Shown here: in pieces, positions 47,918-58,825 of the stretch
Layout: every line of letters begins with the position of its first letter
How positions within the stretch are numbered: the stretch's first letter is position 1
Assembly (NCBI GenBank): GCA_902588255.1
Contig: CACIOK010000002.1
Coordinates: forward strand, 6,258 to 70,257
Source: an uncultured Pelagibacteraceae bacterium
Lineage (GTDB): Bacteria > Pseudomonadota > Alphaproteobacteria > Pelagibacterales > Pelagibacteraceae
DNA length: 64,000 bases
Reading direction: 5' to 3'
Notes under the pieces: generated by a model
The model's input: only the letters and a program-made list of their open reading frames with translations
Told to the model about the DNA's origin: nothing
The model's database searches: none
Program-made: the position numbers and the translations under genes

Positions 47918-48596
47918 TCCAATTTAAGTATTCCTCGTTTGTAATTTGATAAAAAATTACTTTGTCTCCAGGCTTGATTAAAGCTGGATCATTAAAGTTG
48001 TTTTTATTAAATATTTTTTTTGGTGTATTTCCAATTATGTTCCATCCGCCCGGGCTTGCAAATGTGTAAATATTTGCGAATTGTTCTGTAATTCCTACTG
48101 AACCTTCTGGTACTTTAACCCTTGGAGTTTCAAGTCTATCACATCTTATTTTTTCGTTTAAATCACCCAAAAAAGGCATACCAGCAACGAAGCCGGTCAT
48201 ATAACAGAAATATTCTTTATTAAAATATGATTTAAGGATCTCTTCTTTTGTTAGTTTAAGTTTTTTTGCCAATCTATTAAAATCTAATCCATATTTTTCA
48301 TCACAACACACGGGTATTTTTACTATTTTTGATATTTCTTTTTCTACTTTTTTTATTTCTAGATTATTGATTTGATTTTTTACATTTGAAAAATTAGTGA
48401 CACTTAAGTCAAAACTAATTATTAATTTGTTATATGAAGGAGATAAATTGGTTATTCCCTGAATTTTGTTTTCTTTAACTACTTTAGATAAATAATTAAA
48501 ATACCTTATAACCTCGGAATTAATTTTTTCACTTACTTCAGAGCCAAAATCACAATAAACAGATGCGTCACCAAGATTAGATATATTTTTTATCAT
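47910..48596 (-). CDS. pxpB: 5-oxoprolinase subunit B
   Basis: LGD, PSY, IPVC, GFVAGMPFLG, PRVKVPEGSVGI, SPGGWNIIGNT. Confidence 0.88.
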   Translation of the reverse strand: MIKNISNLGDASVYCDFGSEVSEKINSEVIRYFNYLSKVVKENKIQGITNLSPSYNKLIISFDLSVTNFSNVKNQINNLEIKKVEKEISKIVKIPVCCDEKYGLDFNRLAKKLKLTKEEILKSYFNKEYFCYMTGFVAGMPFLGDLNEKIRCDRLETPRVKVPEGSVGITEQFANIYTFASPGGWNIIGNTPKKIFNKNNFNDPALIKPGDKVIFYQITNEEYLNWND

Positions 48597-48623
48597 GCCA
48601 TGTTATACTCTAGACTTTAGGGT

Positions 48624-49397
48624 ATGGAAATTAATATCAATTGTGATTTAGGTGAAAAATCAAAATTTCATTCTACAGAGAATGATCCAGCGTTACTAAA
48701 TATTGTTAATTCAGCGAATATTGCATGTGGTTACCATGCAGGTGATGAAGAAACGATGAATAATGTGATAGATATATCAAAAAAAAATGGTGTTAGCATA
48801 GGAGCTCATCCTTCATTTAATGATCCAGACAATTTTGGAAGAAAAAGAATGAAGTTAAATGATAATGAAATTAGAAAATTAATAATTGATCAATACGAAA
48901 TTTTACAAAGAATAGCGTATCAACACAATGAAAATGTTACTCATATAAAGCCTCATGGCGCTTTAAATAATATGGCTTGTGAAGATATTTATTTAGCAAC
49001 AACGATAGCAAAGACAATAAATGAAATTGATAAAGATTTGATTTATTTGATCCCAACAGGATCGAAAATGGAAATAGCAGCAAAAAAATTAAATATGAAA
49101 ATTGCATGTGAGATTTTTGCAGATAGAAATTATGAAGATGATGGAAATCTTGTATCAAGATCAAAACCTAACGCACTTATTACAGACCCAAAAGAAGCTA
49201 AAAATCATGTTTTGAAAATGGTAAAAAATCAGGCGTTAAATTGTCACTCAGGCAAACAGATACCTTGCGAAATAGACTCGGTTTGTATACATGGTGATAA
49301 TCTAAGTTCATTAGCTACAGCTAAATCAATTAAGGAAAATTTAATTGAAAATGATCTTATTTTAAAGCCATTAAATAAAATGAAAAAATTTATATAA
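48624..49397 (+). CDS. pxpA: 5-oxoprolinase subunit A (LamB/YcsF)
   Basis: INCDLGE, SANIACGYHAGD, GAHPS..D..NFGR, HIKPHGALNN, EIFADRNY, SVCIHGD. Confidence 0.92.
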   Translation: MEININCDLGEKSKFHSTENDPALLNIVNSANIACGYHAGDEETMNNVIDISKKNGVSIGAHPSFNDPDNFGRKRMKLNDNEIRKLIIDQYEILQRIAYQHNENVTHIKPHGALNNMACEDIYLATTIAKTINEIDKDLIYLIPTGSKMEIAAKKLNMKIACEIFADRNYEDDGNLVSRSKPNALITDPKEAKNHVLKMVKNQALNCHSGKQIPCEIDSVCIHGDNLSSLATAKSIKENLIENDLILKPLNKMKKFI

Positions 49398-49398
49398 T

Positions 49399-49887
49399 AT
49401 GAAAAAATTATTCCTGATTTTATTTTTAATTTTTTTTTCCTTTAATAAGACTGTTTATCCAGCTGCATCTTCTGGGGGTGATGCAAGCTCAAAATCTAAT
49501 TACGATAAAGCTGTAAATTTAATAAAATCTGCAAAAAATTACGAAAAAAAAAATAAAATTGAAAAAGCAAATAAAAGATATGAAAAAGCATTAAAATTAC
49601 TAATTAAGGAAAATAAAAAAAAACCCAATCAGCCAAATACACTTAATTATTTGGGATTTACCACACGAAAATTAGGTGATTATGAAAATGGAGAAAAATA
49701 TTATTTACAAGGTTTACAAATTGATCCAAATCATAAAGGAATAAATGAATATTTGGGTGAATTATATGTTGTTACAAATAGAATTGACCTTGCCAAAGAA
49801 AGATTAGATGTATTAAAAAATTGTAACTGTGAAGAGTATGCTGAGCTCAAAGAAATTATTGAAGGTAAAAAAAAATCTAAATATTAA
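49399..49887 (+). other. Secreted TPR protein
   Basis: Signal peptide; TPR NYLGFTTRKLGDYENGEKYY..L.IDPNH...EYLGELY; CNCEEY. Confidence 0.8.
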
Positions 49888-51194
49888 TTAATACTTTGAA
49901 CCATTTGCTGTGGTAACCATAAAGCAATTTCAGGAAATATAATAATTATTACTACAGCTAAAATCATCAATATGAAGAGTGGAAATGCACTTCTGGCTAT
50001 AAAACCCATATCTTTATTTGCCATTCCCTGTAAAACAAATAAATTAAATCCAACTGGTGGTGTTATTTGAGCCATCTCCACAACTACTACTAAGAATATT
50101 CCAAACCAAATCATGTCAAAACCAGCTTGTCTTATCATTGGTTCTATAATTGCCATTGTTAAAACAACTGCAGAAATTCCATCGAGGAACATTCCTAAAA
50201 TAATATAAAATATCATTAAAACAAAAATTAATATGTAAGGTGATAGATCCATACTTTGGATCCAAATTGCTAAGTTTCTTGGTAGCCCAGTAAATCCCAT
50301 TGCAAGTGACAAAAAAGATGAACCTGCAAGAATAAAGGCAATCATACATGAAGTTTTTGTTGCACCTAACAGAGACTCTTTAAAAGTTTTAAGATTTAAG
50401 CTTTTTTGAAAATATGACAGCACTAAAGCTCCAACTACACCAAGTGATGCAGCTTCTGTTGCAGTTGCGATACCTGTATAAATTGAACCTATAACAGCTA
50501 AAATTAGTATAATAACCGGTAGCAATTGTTTTGATTTTTTAATTTTTTGAAAAAAAGAGAAGTGTTCAAATGATTTTGGCATAACTTTTTTATTTAATAA
50601 AGACCAAAAAACCACGTATAGCATAAAAATTGCTGCTATCATTATTCCTGGTAAAATTCCTGCAATAAATAATTTTGCAATAGACTCTTGCACAGTTACT
50701 CCATATATAATTAAAATTATCGAAGGTGGGATCAACAAACCAAGAGTTCCTGAGCCTGCCAAACTCCCAAGTAAAATTTTTTCAGGATACTTTCTTTTTC
50801 TCAATTCTGGGATAGACATTTTTCCAACTGTAGCTACAGTAGCTGCAGAGGAACCAGATATTGCCGCAAATAAAGCACAGCCTACTACATTAACATGTAT
50901 TAATCCTCCAGGTAATCTTTGCATCCAAGGTGACAAGCCTTCAAAAAGATTTTTTGAAAGTTTAGTTCTAAACAAAATTTCTCCCATCCAAACAAACAAA
51001 GGTAGGGCTGTAAGTGTCCAGGATGAGGAAGTGCCCCAAATAATAGTTGCCATCGCATCCCCAACTGGTCTTGAGGTAAACAACATCATTCCAATTGCTG
51101 AAACACTTATCATGCTTATTGCAACCCAGACTCCAGTCCCTAAGAAAAATAATAAAATACTTATAAAAAAAATTGTTAGAAATAATTCAGGCAT
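49884..51194 (-). CDS. dctM: TRAP transporter large permease
   Basis: ALPLF, FAAISGSS.AT, GTLGLLIPPS, TATEAA, ITPPVGFNLFV. Confidence 0.93.
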   Translation of the reverse strand: MPELFLTIFFISILLFFLGTGVWVAISMISVSAIGMMLFTSRPVGDAMATIIWGTSSSWTLTALPLFVWMGEILFRTKLSKNLFEGLSPWMQRLPGGLIHVNVVGCALFAAISGSSAATVATVGKMSIPELRKRKYPEKILLGSLAGSGTLGLLIPPSIILIIYGVTVQESIAKLFIAGILPGIMIAAIFMLYVVFWSLLNKKVMPKSFEHFSFFQKIKKSKQLLPVIILILAVIGSIYTGIATATEAASLGVVGALVLSYFQKSLNLKTFKESLLGATKTSCMIAFILAGSSFLSLAMGFTGLPRNLAIWIQSMDLSPYILIFVLMIFYIILGMFLDGISAVVLTMAIIEPMIRQAGFDMIWFGIFLVVVVEMAQITPPVGFNLFVLQGMANKDMGFIARSAFPLFILMILAVVIIIIFPEIALWLPQQMVQSIN

Positions 51195-51678
51195 TTTTTT
51201 TATTAAATATTTTTAAAATTAATTGATGTAAAACACATACAAAAAAAATTATAGATCCTAAAGATACACTTACTTGAGGTATCCAAATCAAAATTTCGTC
51301 TGCTCCTTCGCTTCTTTCTTGAAATTTGTAAGATATAATTAACATTTTTAAAAAAAAGTAAGCTAAGTAACCAGAAAAAAAACTTGTTACACTTAAACAC
51401 CAAATTTCTAAATATTTTTTTTTTGTTCCTGAAATTTTTTCAAAAAAAAGTGTGATTCTAATATGCCCACCTTCAACAAAGGTATAAGATAAAGCAAAAA
51501 AGGATGCGGCAGCCATACAGTATCCAGAATATTCTGATAATCCTCTAATATAAAAATTAAATATTCTTGATGAAATTCCAATCAAAATAAATACAGCAAC
51601 AAGAATTAAAAATAATGCTGCTACGTATCCAGAAAATTTATAAATCTTATTTAAATTATTATTTAAAGATTTTAACAT
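51187..51678 (-). CDS. dctQ: TRAP transporter small permease
   Basis: Four TM helices, GGHIRIT motif, between dctP and dctM. Confidence 0.9.
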   Translation of the reverse strand: MLKSLNNNLNKIYKFSGYVAALFLILVAVFILIGISSRIFNFYIRGLSEYSGYCMAAASFFALSYTFVEGGHIRITLFFEKISGTKKKYLEIWCLSVTSFFSGYLAYFFLKMLIISYKFQERSEGADEILIWIPQVSVSLGSIIFFVCVLHQLILKIFNKKNA

Positions 51679-51684
51679 GATTCT

Positions 51685-51712
51685 AAAAGGCCACTATTTT
51701 AAGTGGCCTTTT
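51685..51712 (-). terminator. Hairpin between dctP and dctQ (terminator or mRNA stabiliser)
   Basis: Perfect 11-bp inverted repeat AAAAGGCCACT-ATTTTA-AGTGGCCTTTT. Confidence 0.75.
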
Positions 51713-51725
51713 GAAAACAACTATT

Positions 51726-52697
51726 TTATTTATATGCTGATAAAACTGCAGCTCCTCTTGAGCCTGCTTTTGCAGACCATTCCTTGGCCATAGTTGCACC
51801 AACACTCTCAAAATGTTTTTGTAAAACTGAATTTACTTTTCCAACTACCATCCCAGCATCTGCTAAAGCTTTTTTATCTGCAACATTTCCACGTTTAGAA
51901 AGTTGCCAACCTTTTCTTTCAGCTAGAGCAGCCTCTTTTCTAACTAAATCCTGAGTCGCTTTATCTAATTTATTCCAGGCATCTTTGTTTGCGATTATCA
52001 TATTTTTAGGAAACCAAGCAGCAATATCATAAAAATATTTTACACCGTTTTCCCAAATTTTTTTATTTTTTCCTGTTGTTGGAGACGTAATCATACTTTC
52101 AACGGCTCCAGTTGAAAAAGCTTGGCTTATTTCGGCGGCCTCAATTTTTGTTGGTGCCATACCAGTTAATTCAGCAATCCTAATTGTAGCTGAGTTATAT
52201 GCTCTAAATTTTAATCCCTTTAAATCATCGAGCGTATTGATTTCCTTTTTACTGTACAAACCTTGAGCGGGCCATGGAACAGCGTAAAGAAATACAAGTC
52301 CTTTAGCGTCTAAACTTTTGGCAATTTCATCCTTTGTTGCTTTGTATAATTTCATCGCGTCTGAATAAGATGTTGCTAAAAAAGGTTGAGAGTCTATTTC
52401 TAACAAAGGATCTTCTTTTCCTAATGCCGACATAAACCTTTCACCAATTGGTGCTTGACCGGTTCTTACTGCTCTAAAAATTTCTCCACCCTTGTAAAGT
52501 GAACCACCAGGGTGAGTTACAATTGTTAATTTTCCACCACTTTTTTCAGTTACATTTTTTGCAAACTCAGTTGCATTTGCAGAGTGGAAATTTCCAGCAC
52601 CATAAGCTAGCGCCATATCCCATTTTTCTGCTAACGAAACGTTAGAAAATAGAACTAAAGAAGCAAAAATAGTTAAAAAATATTTAATTAATTTCAT
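51726..52697 (-). CDS. dctP: TRAP substrate-binding protein (possibly pyroglutamate)
   Basis: Signal peptide; KWDMALAY..NFH, HPGGSL, PWPAQGLY, DLKGLKFRAYN; GGAGG RBS; next to pxpABC. Confidence 0.88.
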   Translation of the reverse strand: MKLIKYFLTIFASLVLFSNVSLAEKWDMALAYGAGNFHSANATEFAKNVTEKSGGKLTIVTHPGGSLYKGGEIFRAVRTGQAPIGERFMSALGKEDPLLEIDSQPFLATSYSDAMKLYKATKDEIAKSLDAKGLVFLYAVPWPAQGLYSKKEINTLDDLKGLKFRAYNSATIRIAELTGMAPTKIEAAEISQAFSTGAVESMITSPTTGKNKKIWENGVKYFYDIAAWFPKNMIIANKDAWNKLDKATQDLVRKEAALAERKGWQLSKRGNVADKKALADAGMVVGKVNSVLQKHFESVGATMAKEWSAKAGSRGAAVLSAYK

Positions 52698-52809
52698 TAA
52701 TCCTCCATTTATAATTTTTGTATTTCAATATGTATAAAAAATTAAATCAATAAAAATAAATACTACTTTTGATTGAATTTTTTAAAAATTTAATTATTAT
52801 CTGTTAATC

Positions 52810-53421
52810 TTGATAGAACAATTAGTAATTTTAGTTCAAATTATATTTATAGATATAATTTTAGCCGCAGATAACGCAATTATCATTGGCTTAATAGCTG
52901 CAAGTTTTGTCCCAAAAAATAGAAAAAAAATTATTTTATGGGGTGTTGCAGGGGCACTAGTTTTTAAAGTTATCTTTGCTATTTTTGCAACATATCTATT
53001 TAAATTCTACTGGATTAAAGTTCTCGGGGGTGTACTTTTAATTTGGATCGTTAATGATTTAAGAAAAGATTTATTTGAAATACAGAAAGTTAAATCTCCA
53101 ACAAAAAAATCCAAAGAACCTTCTTATATTCAAAGTGTTTATAAAGTTTTATTTGCAGATATTACAATAAGTTTCGATAATGTAATCGGCGTGGTGGGAG
53201 CTTCAAAAGGATATTTTGGATTCATGATTTTTGGCCTAGTTCTCTCTGTGGTGTTAACAGGAGCAGGAGCAACCTATTTAGCAAACTATATTCAAAAACA
53301 CCTTTGGATAGCTTATATTGGATTAGGATTTATTTTTCTAGTTGCTATACAATTAATTATTGGAGGCTTAGCTGATTTTGGAATGATTAATATAAATGAA
53401 AGTTTTCAAAAATATTTCTAA
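52810..53421 (+). CDS. TerC/YjbE-family membrane protein
   Basis: IDIILAADNAIII and ADITISFDNVIGV repeats; TTG start. Confidence 0.85.
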   Translation: MIEQLVILVQIIFIDIILAADNAIIIGLIAASFVPKNRKKIILWGVAGALVFKVIFAIFATYLFKFYWIKVLGGVLLIWIVNDLRKDLFEIQKVKSPTKKSKEPSYIQSVYKVLFADITISFDNVIGVVGASKGYFGFMIFGLVLSVVLTGAGATYLANYIQKHLWIAYIGLGFIFLVAIQLIIGGLADFGMININESFQKYF

Positions 53422-54194
53422 TAGGAAAATTTTTTAGAGGGATATTTTTTTGAGATAATTTCTTTTTTAAATCTTTTTAGACCTTGATTTATATTTTTTT
53501 TTAAATTAGCAAATTTTTTAACAAATCTTATATTAGTTTCATTTAAACCTAGTAAATCATCTGTAACTAATACCTGCCCATCACAGAAGACTGATGAACC
53601 AATTCCAATTGTAGGAATTTTGATAGATTTAGTAATTAATTTAGCTGTGGATGTTTCAACGCACTCTAGAACAATTGCAAATACACCAAGTTGCTCGAGT
53701 AGCTTTGAATCTTTTAATAATTGTTTTTTTTCAGTTTTAATTTTACCTTTAGATTTAAATTTACCTCTAACACTTTGAGGCAACAAACCTAAATGGCCCA
53801 TAACAGGTATTTTATTTTTAACAAGATGCTTAATTATATCTTTAATCTTATTTCCACCTTCTAGTTTTATTGCATCACATTTTGTTTCTTTAATAACTTT
53901 AATTGAATTTTTTAAAGCATCTTTTTTATTTTGGTAAGTTTTGTATGGCATGTCCACGACCATTAAACTTTTTTTTATACCCATTCGCACACTTTTTGAA
54001 TGTTCTATCATATTGTTTAAGGTAACTTTTCTAGTTGTTTCATAATTATAAAGAACAGATCCTAAAGAATCTCCTACTAATGTTATATCTGCGAATTTAT
54101 CTACTTCAGTTGCAAAATTTTTTGAATATGCTGTTAAGCAAATAATTTTAGTTTTGTTTTTTTTTGATAAAATTTTTTTGATCTTTTGTATCAT
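53418..54194 (-). CDS. panB: 3-methyl-2-oxobutanoate hydroxymethyltransferase
   Basis: LTAY, LVGDSLG, VVDMP, IKLEGG, VMGHLGLLPQ, IPTIGIG, DGQVLV. Confidence 0.95.
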   Translation of the reverse strand: MIQKIKKILSKKNKTKIICLTAYSKNFATEVDKFADITLVGDSLGSVLYNYETTRKVTLNNMIEHSKSVRMGIKKSLMVVDMPYKTYQNKKDALKNSIKVIKETKCDAIKLEGGNKIKDIIKHLVKNKIPVMGHLGLLPQSVRGKFKSKGKIKTEKKQLLKDSKLLEQLGVFAIVLECVETSTAKLITKSIKIPTIGIGSSVFCDGQVLVTDDLLGLNETNIRFVKKFANLKKNINQGLKRFKKEIISKKYPSKKFSY

Positions 54195-55759
54195 TACTCC
54201 AACTCAATTGTGCTTGGCGGCTTCGTAGTTATATCATATACCACTCTATTTATTCCTTTTATGTTATTTATAATTTTATTTGAAATTTTTTGCATAAAAT
54301 CCTTTTTAAAATTAAAGAAATCAGCTGTCATTCCATCCTCTGATGTAATAGCTCTTAAAAGGCATATGTATTCATATGTTCTATTGTCACCCATTACTCC
54401 AACTGTTTTTACTGGCAGTAGAGCAGCATATGCTTGCCAAATTTTATTATAGAGATTATTTTTTTTTAATTCATTAATAAAATAAGAGTCAGCTTCTTTT
54501 AGTATATTAATTTTCTGACTAGTAATTAATCCAGGCATTCTAATTGCTAAACCAGGCCCAGGAAACGGATGTCTATAAATGATATCTTTTGAAAGATTAA
54601 GACTTAGCCCTAGTTTTCTAACCTCATCTTTAAATAAAAATTTTAAAGGTTCTATCAATTTTAATTGCATTTTTTTGGGTAAACCTCCAACATTATGATG
54701 GGATTTTATTTTAGAAGTTTGACTGCCAGTAACTGATTTACTTTCAATTAAGTCTGGATAAAGAGTTCCTTGTGCTAAAAATTTAACATTTTTAATTTTA
54801 TTTGCATATCTTTCAAAGATTTTGATAAACAAATTTCCAATAATTTTTCTCTTTTTTTCTGGATCAGAAATATTTTTTAGCTTCTTTATAAATTCATTTT
54901 TAGCGTTAACATAAATTAAGTTAATTTTTAACTTTTTCTTAAATGTATTTAAGACCTGTTTCTCCTCATTTTTTCTTAACAAACCTGTATTAACAAAAAT
55001 ACATATAAGTTTTTTTCCTACTGCTTTGCTTAGCAATTGAGCAACAACGCTACTGTCTACTCCACCTGATAATGCACATATTACTTTTTCCTTACCCACT
55101 TCTTTTCTAATATCATTAATTAATTTAATTTTTTGATGTTTTGGTGACCAATTTTTCTTAGCTTTACATATTTTTAATACAAAGTTTTTTAATAAAATCT
55201 TTCCTTTATTTGTATGAGTTACTTCGGGGTGAAACTGGACTCCAAAAAGATTTTTCTTCTTATTTTCTATAATTGTGTACTTTGAATTATTTGTTGATGC
55301 TACAACTATAAAGCCTTTTGGCAACTTTGAAACTTGATCTGCATGGCTCATCCAAACATCACTAGTATTTTTACTGTTAAAAAAATTTTTAACCAAATTA
55401 CTATTATTTTTTTTTTTGGCTTTTGCGGAGCCAAATTCTCTGTATTTTGATTTTTTAACCTTTCCGCCAAGTACTTTAGAAATTATCTGATGTCCAAAAC
55501 ATATCCCAAGAATAGGTATTTTTAAATTTAATATCTTTTTATTAAATTTAAATTTATTTCCATCATAAACATTAAGTGGGCCACCTGATAAAATTATTCC
55601 TTTTATTTTATCGTTAAATAAATTTAAATCTTTTGCTTTTTTATGACTTATTATTTCAGAAAAAATACCAATCTCTCTAATTCTTCTAGCTATTAATTGA
55701 GTGAACTGGGAACCAAAATCAATAATTAAAATTTTATTTAAATTATTGCTAAGTATCAT
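54194..55759 (-). CDS. guaA: GMP synthase
   Basis: [60 protein letters not shown]; start 55759 or 55771. Confidence 0.97.
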   Translation of the reverse strand: MILSNNLNKILIIDFGSQFTQLIARRIREIGIFSEIISHKKAKDLNLFNDKIKGIILSGGPLNVYDGNKFKFNKKILNLKIPILGICFGHQIISKVLGGKVKKSKYREFGSAKAKKKNNSNLVKNFFNSKNTSDVWMSHADQVSKLPKGFIVVASTNNSKYTIIENKKKNLFGVQFHPEVTHTNKGKILLKNFVLKICKAKKNWSPKHQKIKLINDIRKEVGKEKVICALSGGVDSSVVAQLLSKAVGKKLICIFVNTGLLRKNEEKQVLNTFKKKLKINLIYVNAKNEFIKKLKNISDPEKKRKIIGNLFIKIFERYANKIKNVKFLAQGTLYPDLIESKSVTGSQTSKIKSHHNVGGLPKKMQLKLIEPLKFLFKDEVRKLGLSLNLSKDIIYRHPFPGPGLAIRMPGLITSQKINILKEADSYFINELKKNNLYNKIWQAYAALLPVKTVGVMGDNRTYEYICLLRAITSEDGMTADFFNFKKDFMQKISNKIINNIKGINRVVYDITTKPPSTIELE

Positions 55760-56186
55760 TTTTTGGTTCAATATTTTTTAATGTGTTGTTTATTTCTTTT
55801 GTTTTTTCACAAAGCTCTATACATATAATAGCAAACTTTTTTTTTAAATCTTGAACTTTTGAGTAATTTGATTTTTTTAATTTTAATTTTATCAACATAT
55901 ACATAGCCTCTTCATTATCAGGATCCAAAAGCAAAGTTGTATCTAAATTTTTTTCTTCCTCTTTTTCATTTTCTTCTGAATTAAATATTTTTGCTAAGTA
56001 TAAATATGATTTTGCGTCCTTGGGATTAAAAACTATATTTTTTTGAAATAAAAATTTTGAAACTTCAATCTCTTTTTTATCAAATTTTTTTTTTGCTTCT
56101 TCAAAATAATTTTCATCAGCTAAAGAGAAACCAAAAAAAATAAAATATAAAATTAAAGTTGTTATAAATTTTTTATTAATAAACAT
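55749..56186 (-). CDS. Secreted TPR protein
   Basis: Signal peptide then TPR-like [25 protein letters not shown]. Confidence 0.7.
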   Translation of the reverse strand: MFINKKFITTLILYFIFFGFSLADENYFEEAKKKFDKKEIEVSKFLFQKNIVFNPKDAKSYLYLAKIFNSEENEKEEEKNLDTTLLLDPDNEEAMYMLIKLKLKKSNYSKVQDLKKKFAIICIELCEKTKEINNTLKNIEPKNDT

Positions 56187-57268
56187 TAAAATTCGCTTTC
56201 CTTTTTTACTTCATCAATATTATGCACCATGCTCTCATAAAAGCCAGCTTTAGTAATTTTTACAAAATTAGGTTTTTTTCTCAATTTAATTATTGTTTTT
56301 GCTCCCAGATATCCCATTGATGATTTTAAACCTCCAATAAGCTTGTAGATTACTTTTTCTACACTCCCTTTAAATTTAACCAGACCTTCTACTCCTTCCG
56401 GTACATATTTAGATTTATCTTTTTGTTTTTTTTGAAAATATCTATCCGCTGAACCTTTATTCATGGCACCAACAGATCCCATTCCTCTAAAGTTTTTATA
56501 TAATTTACCTTTTTTTCTTATTAATTTTCCAGGTGACTCGACTGTACCTGCAAATAATGAACCTATCATTACTGCATCTGCTCCAGCTGAAAGCGCCTTC
56601 GCTATATCTCCTGAAAATTTAATTCCTCCATCTGAAATAATCTTAACATTTTTATTTTTTACTCCACTTTTTACATTTATAATTGCGCTTAGCTGAGGAA
56701 CCCCAATTCCAGCTACTAATCTAGTGGTGCATATAGAGCCAGGCCCTATTCCTACTTTAATAATATCTACACCTTGTTTTAATAAAAATCTTGCTGCCTC
56801 TGGAGTTGCAATATTGCCAGCACAAATAGACGTTAACTTACCTTTTTTTCGTTTTATTTTTTTAATTATTTCAGCAACTTTTTTCGTGTGGCCGTGTGCT
56901 GTGTCTACAACAATTAAATCTACTCCTTCTTTCAAAATTGCTTCTGCTCTTACAATTTCATCAACACCAGCACCAACAGCTGCTCCTACTAATAAATTTT
57001 TTGATTTTACTTTTTTAATTTCCTGGATTTGTTTTTTTATATTTAAATTTCTGTGTATAACACCAATCCCTCCTGCTTTAGCGATTGATATAGCCATTTT
57101 TGACTCTGTAACTGTATCCATAGCCGAAGACAACAAGGGTATTTTTAAAGTTATATTTCTTGATAATTGTATTTTTGTATCAACTTCTGATGGAAGAATT
57201 TCAGAATAATTCGGAGTTAAGGTAACATCATCGAATGTAAGTGCTTCTTTTATAGGGCCCATAATCAT
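56186..57268 (-). CDS. guaB: IMP dehydrogenase lacking the CBS subdomain
   Basis: [44 protein letters not shown]; only 360 aa. Confidence 0.95.
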   Translation of the reverse strand: MIMGPIKEALTFDDVTLTPNYSEILPSEVDTKIQLSRNITLKIPLLSSAMDTVTESKMAISIAKAGGIGVIHRNLNIKKQIQEIKKVKSKNLLVGAAVGAGVDEIVRAEAILKEGVDLIVVDTAHGHTKKVAEIIKKIKRKKGKLTSICAGNIATPEAARFLLKQGVDIIKVGIGPGSICTTRLVAGIGVPQLSAIINVKSGVKNKNVKIISDGGIKFSGDIAKALSAGADAVMIGSLFAGTVESPGKLIRKKGKLYKNFRGMGSVGAMNKGSADRYFQKKQKDKSKYVPEGVEGLVKFKGSVEKVIYKLIGGLKSSMGYLGAKTIIKLRKKPNFVKITKAGFYESMVHNIDEVKKESEF

Positions 57269-57301
57269 GTATATACGATTCTTCTAAAATTTAAAGTATA
57301 T

Positions 57302-57913
57302 CTACCTTAAAAAACTACAAATAATAAAAGTTTCTTTTGAATTTTTTCTGCTAGCTAGAGGCTTGAATACCCTCACATCTCTAAATTTTTTTTTAGCTTT
57401 ATAAACAATTTCATTAAAACTAGACCCCATAAAAATTTTTGATACAAACTTTCCATTTCCTTTAAGAACCTCTAAAGCAAAATCCATACCTTCAAGACAA
57501 AGTTCACCTGTGACAATAGAGTCAACATCTTTATTTCCTATTGTATTTACAGCCATATCTGAAATTATTAGATCAATTTTTTTACCGAAATATTTTTTTA
57601 TCTCAATTTTATGAGCTTCATCAGTAAAATCACCGATTATCTGATGGCTATTTTTTATTTTTTCAAACTTTAATAAGTCAATTGATAAAATTTTTTCACT
57701 CTTAATTTTTGTTGCCGCATATTGAGACCAGCTACCAGGTGCAGCTCCAAGATCTACTACAGAATTAATACCTTTAAATATTTTAAATTTTTCGTCAATT
57801 TCTTTTAATTTATAAACAGCTCTTGACTTAAAACCCTCGATTTTAGACTGACGTACATAAATATCTCTTTTTTGTCTATTAATCCAATTTTTAGAGATTT
57901 TATTTTTTTTCAA
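57302..57913 (-). CDS. rlmE: 23S rRNA Um2552 methyltransferase
   Basis: SRAVYKL, VDLGAAPGSWSQ, ISDMA, KPLASRKNSKE; TTG start. Confidence 0.93.
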   Translation of the reverse strand: MKKNKISKNWINRQKRDIYVRQSKIEGFKSRAVYKLKEIDEKFKIFKGINSVVDLGAAPGSWSQYAATKIKSEKILSIDLLKFEKIKNSHQIIGDFTDEAHKIEIKKYFGKKIDLIISDMAVNTIGNKDVDSIVTGELCLEGMDFALEVLKGNGKFVSKIFMGSSFNEIVYKAKKKFRDVRVFKPLASRKNSKETFIICSFLR

Positions 57914-58825
57914 TTATTGACCAAATCTTAAACTTTTGGTTACTGTTTCGTTTTCCAAAGTTTTAATATCTATTTTAATACTTTTATCTGTTCTCATGTC
58001 TTTACCATCTCTCCATATACCCGCAGCTAAATGCATAATGCCAATTTTATAATTTGGCAAATAAGGTTCGACAAAAGAATTACTTCTCTCATCAAATTTC
58101 GGTAATAAATTACTCGCAATCCAATTACAGTTTATAGGCAGAAATTCAGTTTCTGCATTATCTATATACACGCTCATATTTATTGCCAAGCCTTCAGATC
58201 CGAAAATTTTACCTGAACCTAAAGCTTTCTCTAAATTTTTCTGCCAAATTTCCCAGCAAGGTGAATTTTTTTCGAGTGAAAAAACTCCAATATTAATATG
58301 TGGTGCAAATGCTAACTTTCTTGCATTATCCAATCCTACTTTTGAACTTATTGCATGCTTGAAATTTTGAGATTTAATTATTGCTAACTTTCCAAAAATC
58401 CAATTTACTTTAGACATAACTTTATAACCAGGTCCCAAAGTTTGAGTTATTCCCAATTTTCCATTGTCACAAGCTTTAAAATACAATTCTATAGATTTCC
58501 AATCATTTACCCATGCATCACAGTCTATCCATAAGTATTTTTCATATTTAGGAAAATAGTTAGGTAAAAATGCTCTAGAAACTTGACTTTTAAGCCATTC
58601 CTTTCCTCTAACTTTTATAGCGGGAACTTTAATATCCCATTCAGCACTTTTTATTTCATCAACTTTAGGTAATAATATTTTTTTTTGATCTTCGCTAAGC
58701 CCTGCATCTAAAATGCATATCGCGGTAGATGAACTATTGCTGAATTGTTTAATAGAGTCGATTAATTCATTTAATAAATAAAAATAATTTGAGTCAGCCA
58801 AAGAAACAATTGTATTTTTTTTCAT
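57914..58825 (-). CDS. Putative GT-A fold glycosyltransferase (GT8-like)
   Basis: ADSNYF, RAFLP..FP.YEKYLWIDCDAWV (DxD), INIGVF, E.LAIN, IMHLA. Confidence 0.65.
   Translation of the reverse strand: MKKNTIVSLADSNYFYLLNELIDSIKQFSNSSSTAICILDAGLSEDQKKILLPKVDEIKSAEWDIKVPAIKVRGKEWLKSQVSRAFLPNYFPKYEKYLWIDCDAWVNDWKSIELYFKACDNGKLGITQTLGPGYKVMSKVNWIFGKLAIIKSQNFKHAISSKVGLDNARKLAFAPHINIGVFSLEKNSPCWEIWQKNLEKALGSGKIFGSEGLAINMSVYIDNAETEFLPINCNWIASNLLPKFDERSNSFVEPYLPNYKIGIMHLAAGIWRDGKDMRTDKSIKIDIKTLENETVTKSLRFGQ

Noticed and set aside
51685-51712. Hairpins at 6552-6584, 25314-25338 and 51685-51712 as mobile-element ends or riboswitches
   Set aside because: Each has a different sequence and sits just after a transporter-related gene, as expected for terminators or stabilisers.
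53418-54194. panB without panC as a sign of a novel pathway
   Set aside because: pan genes are often dispersed; absence cannot be judged from one window.
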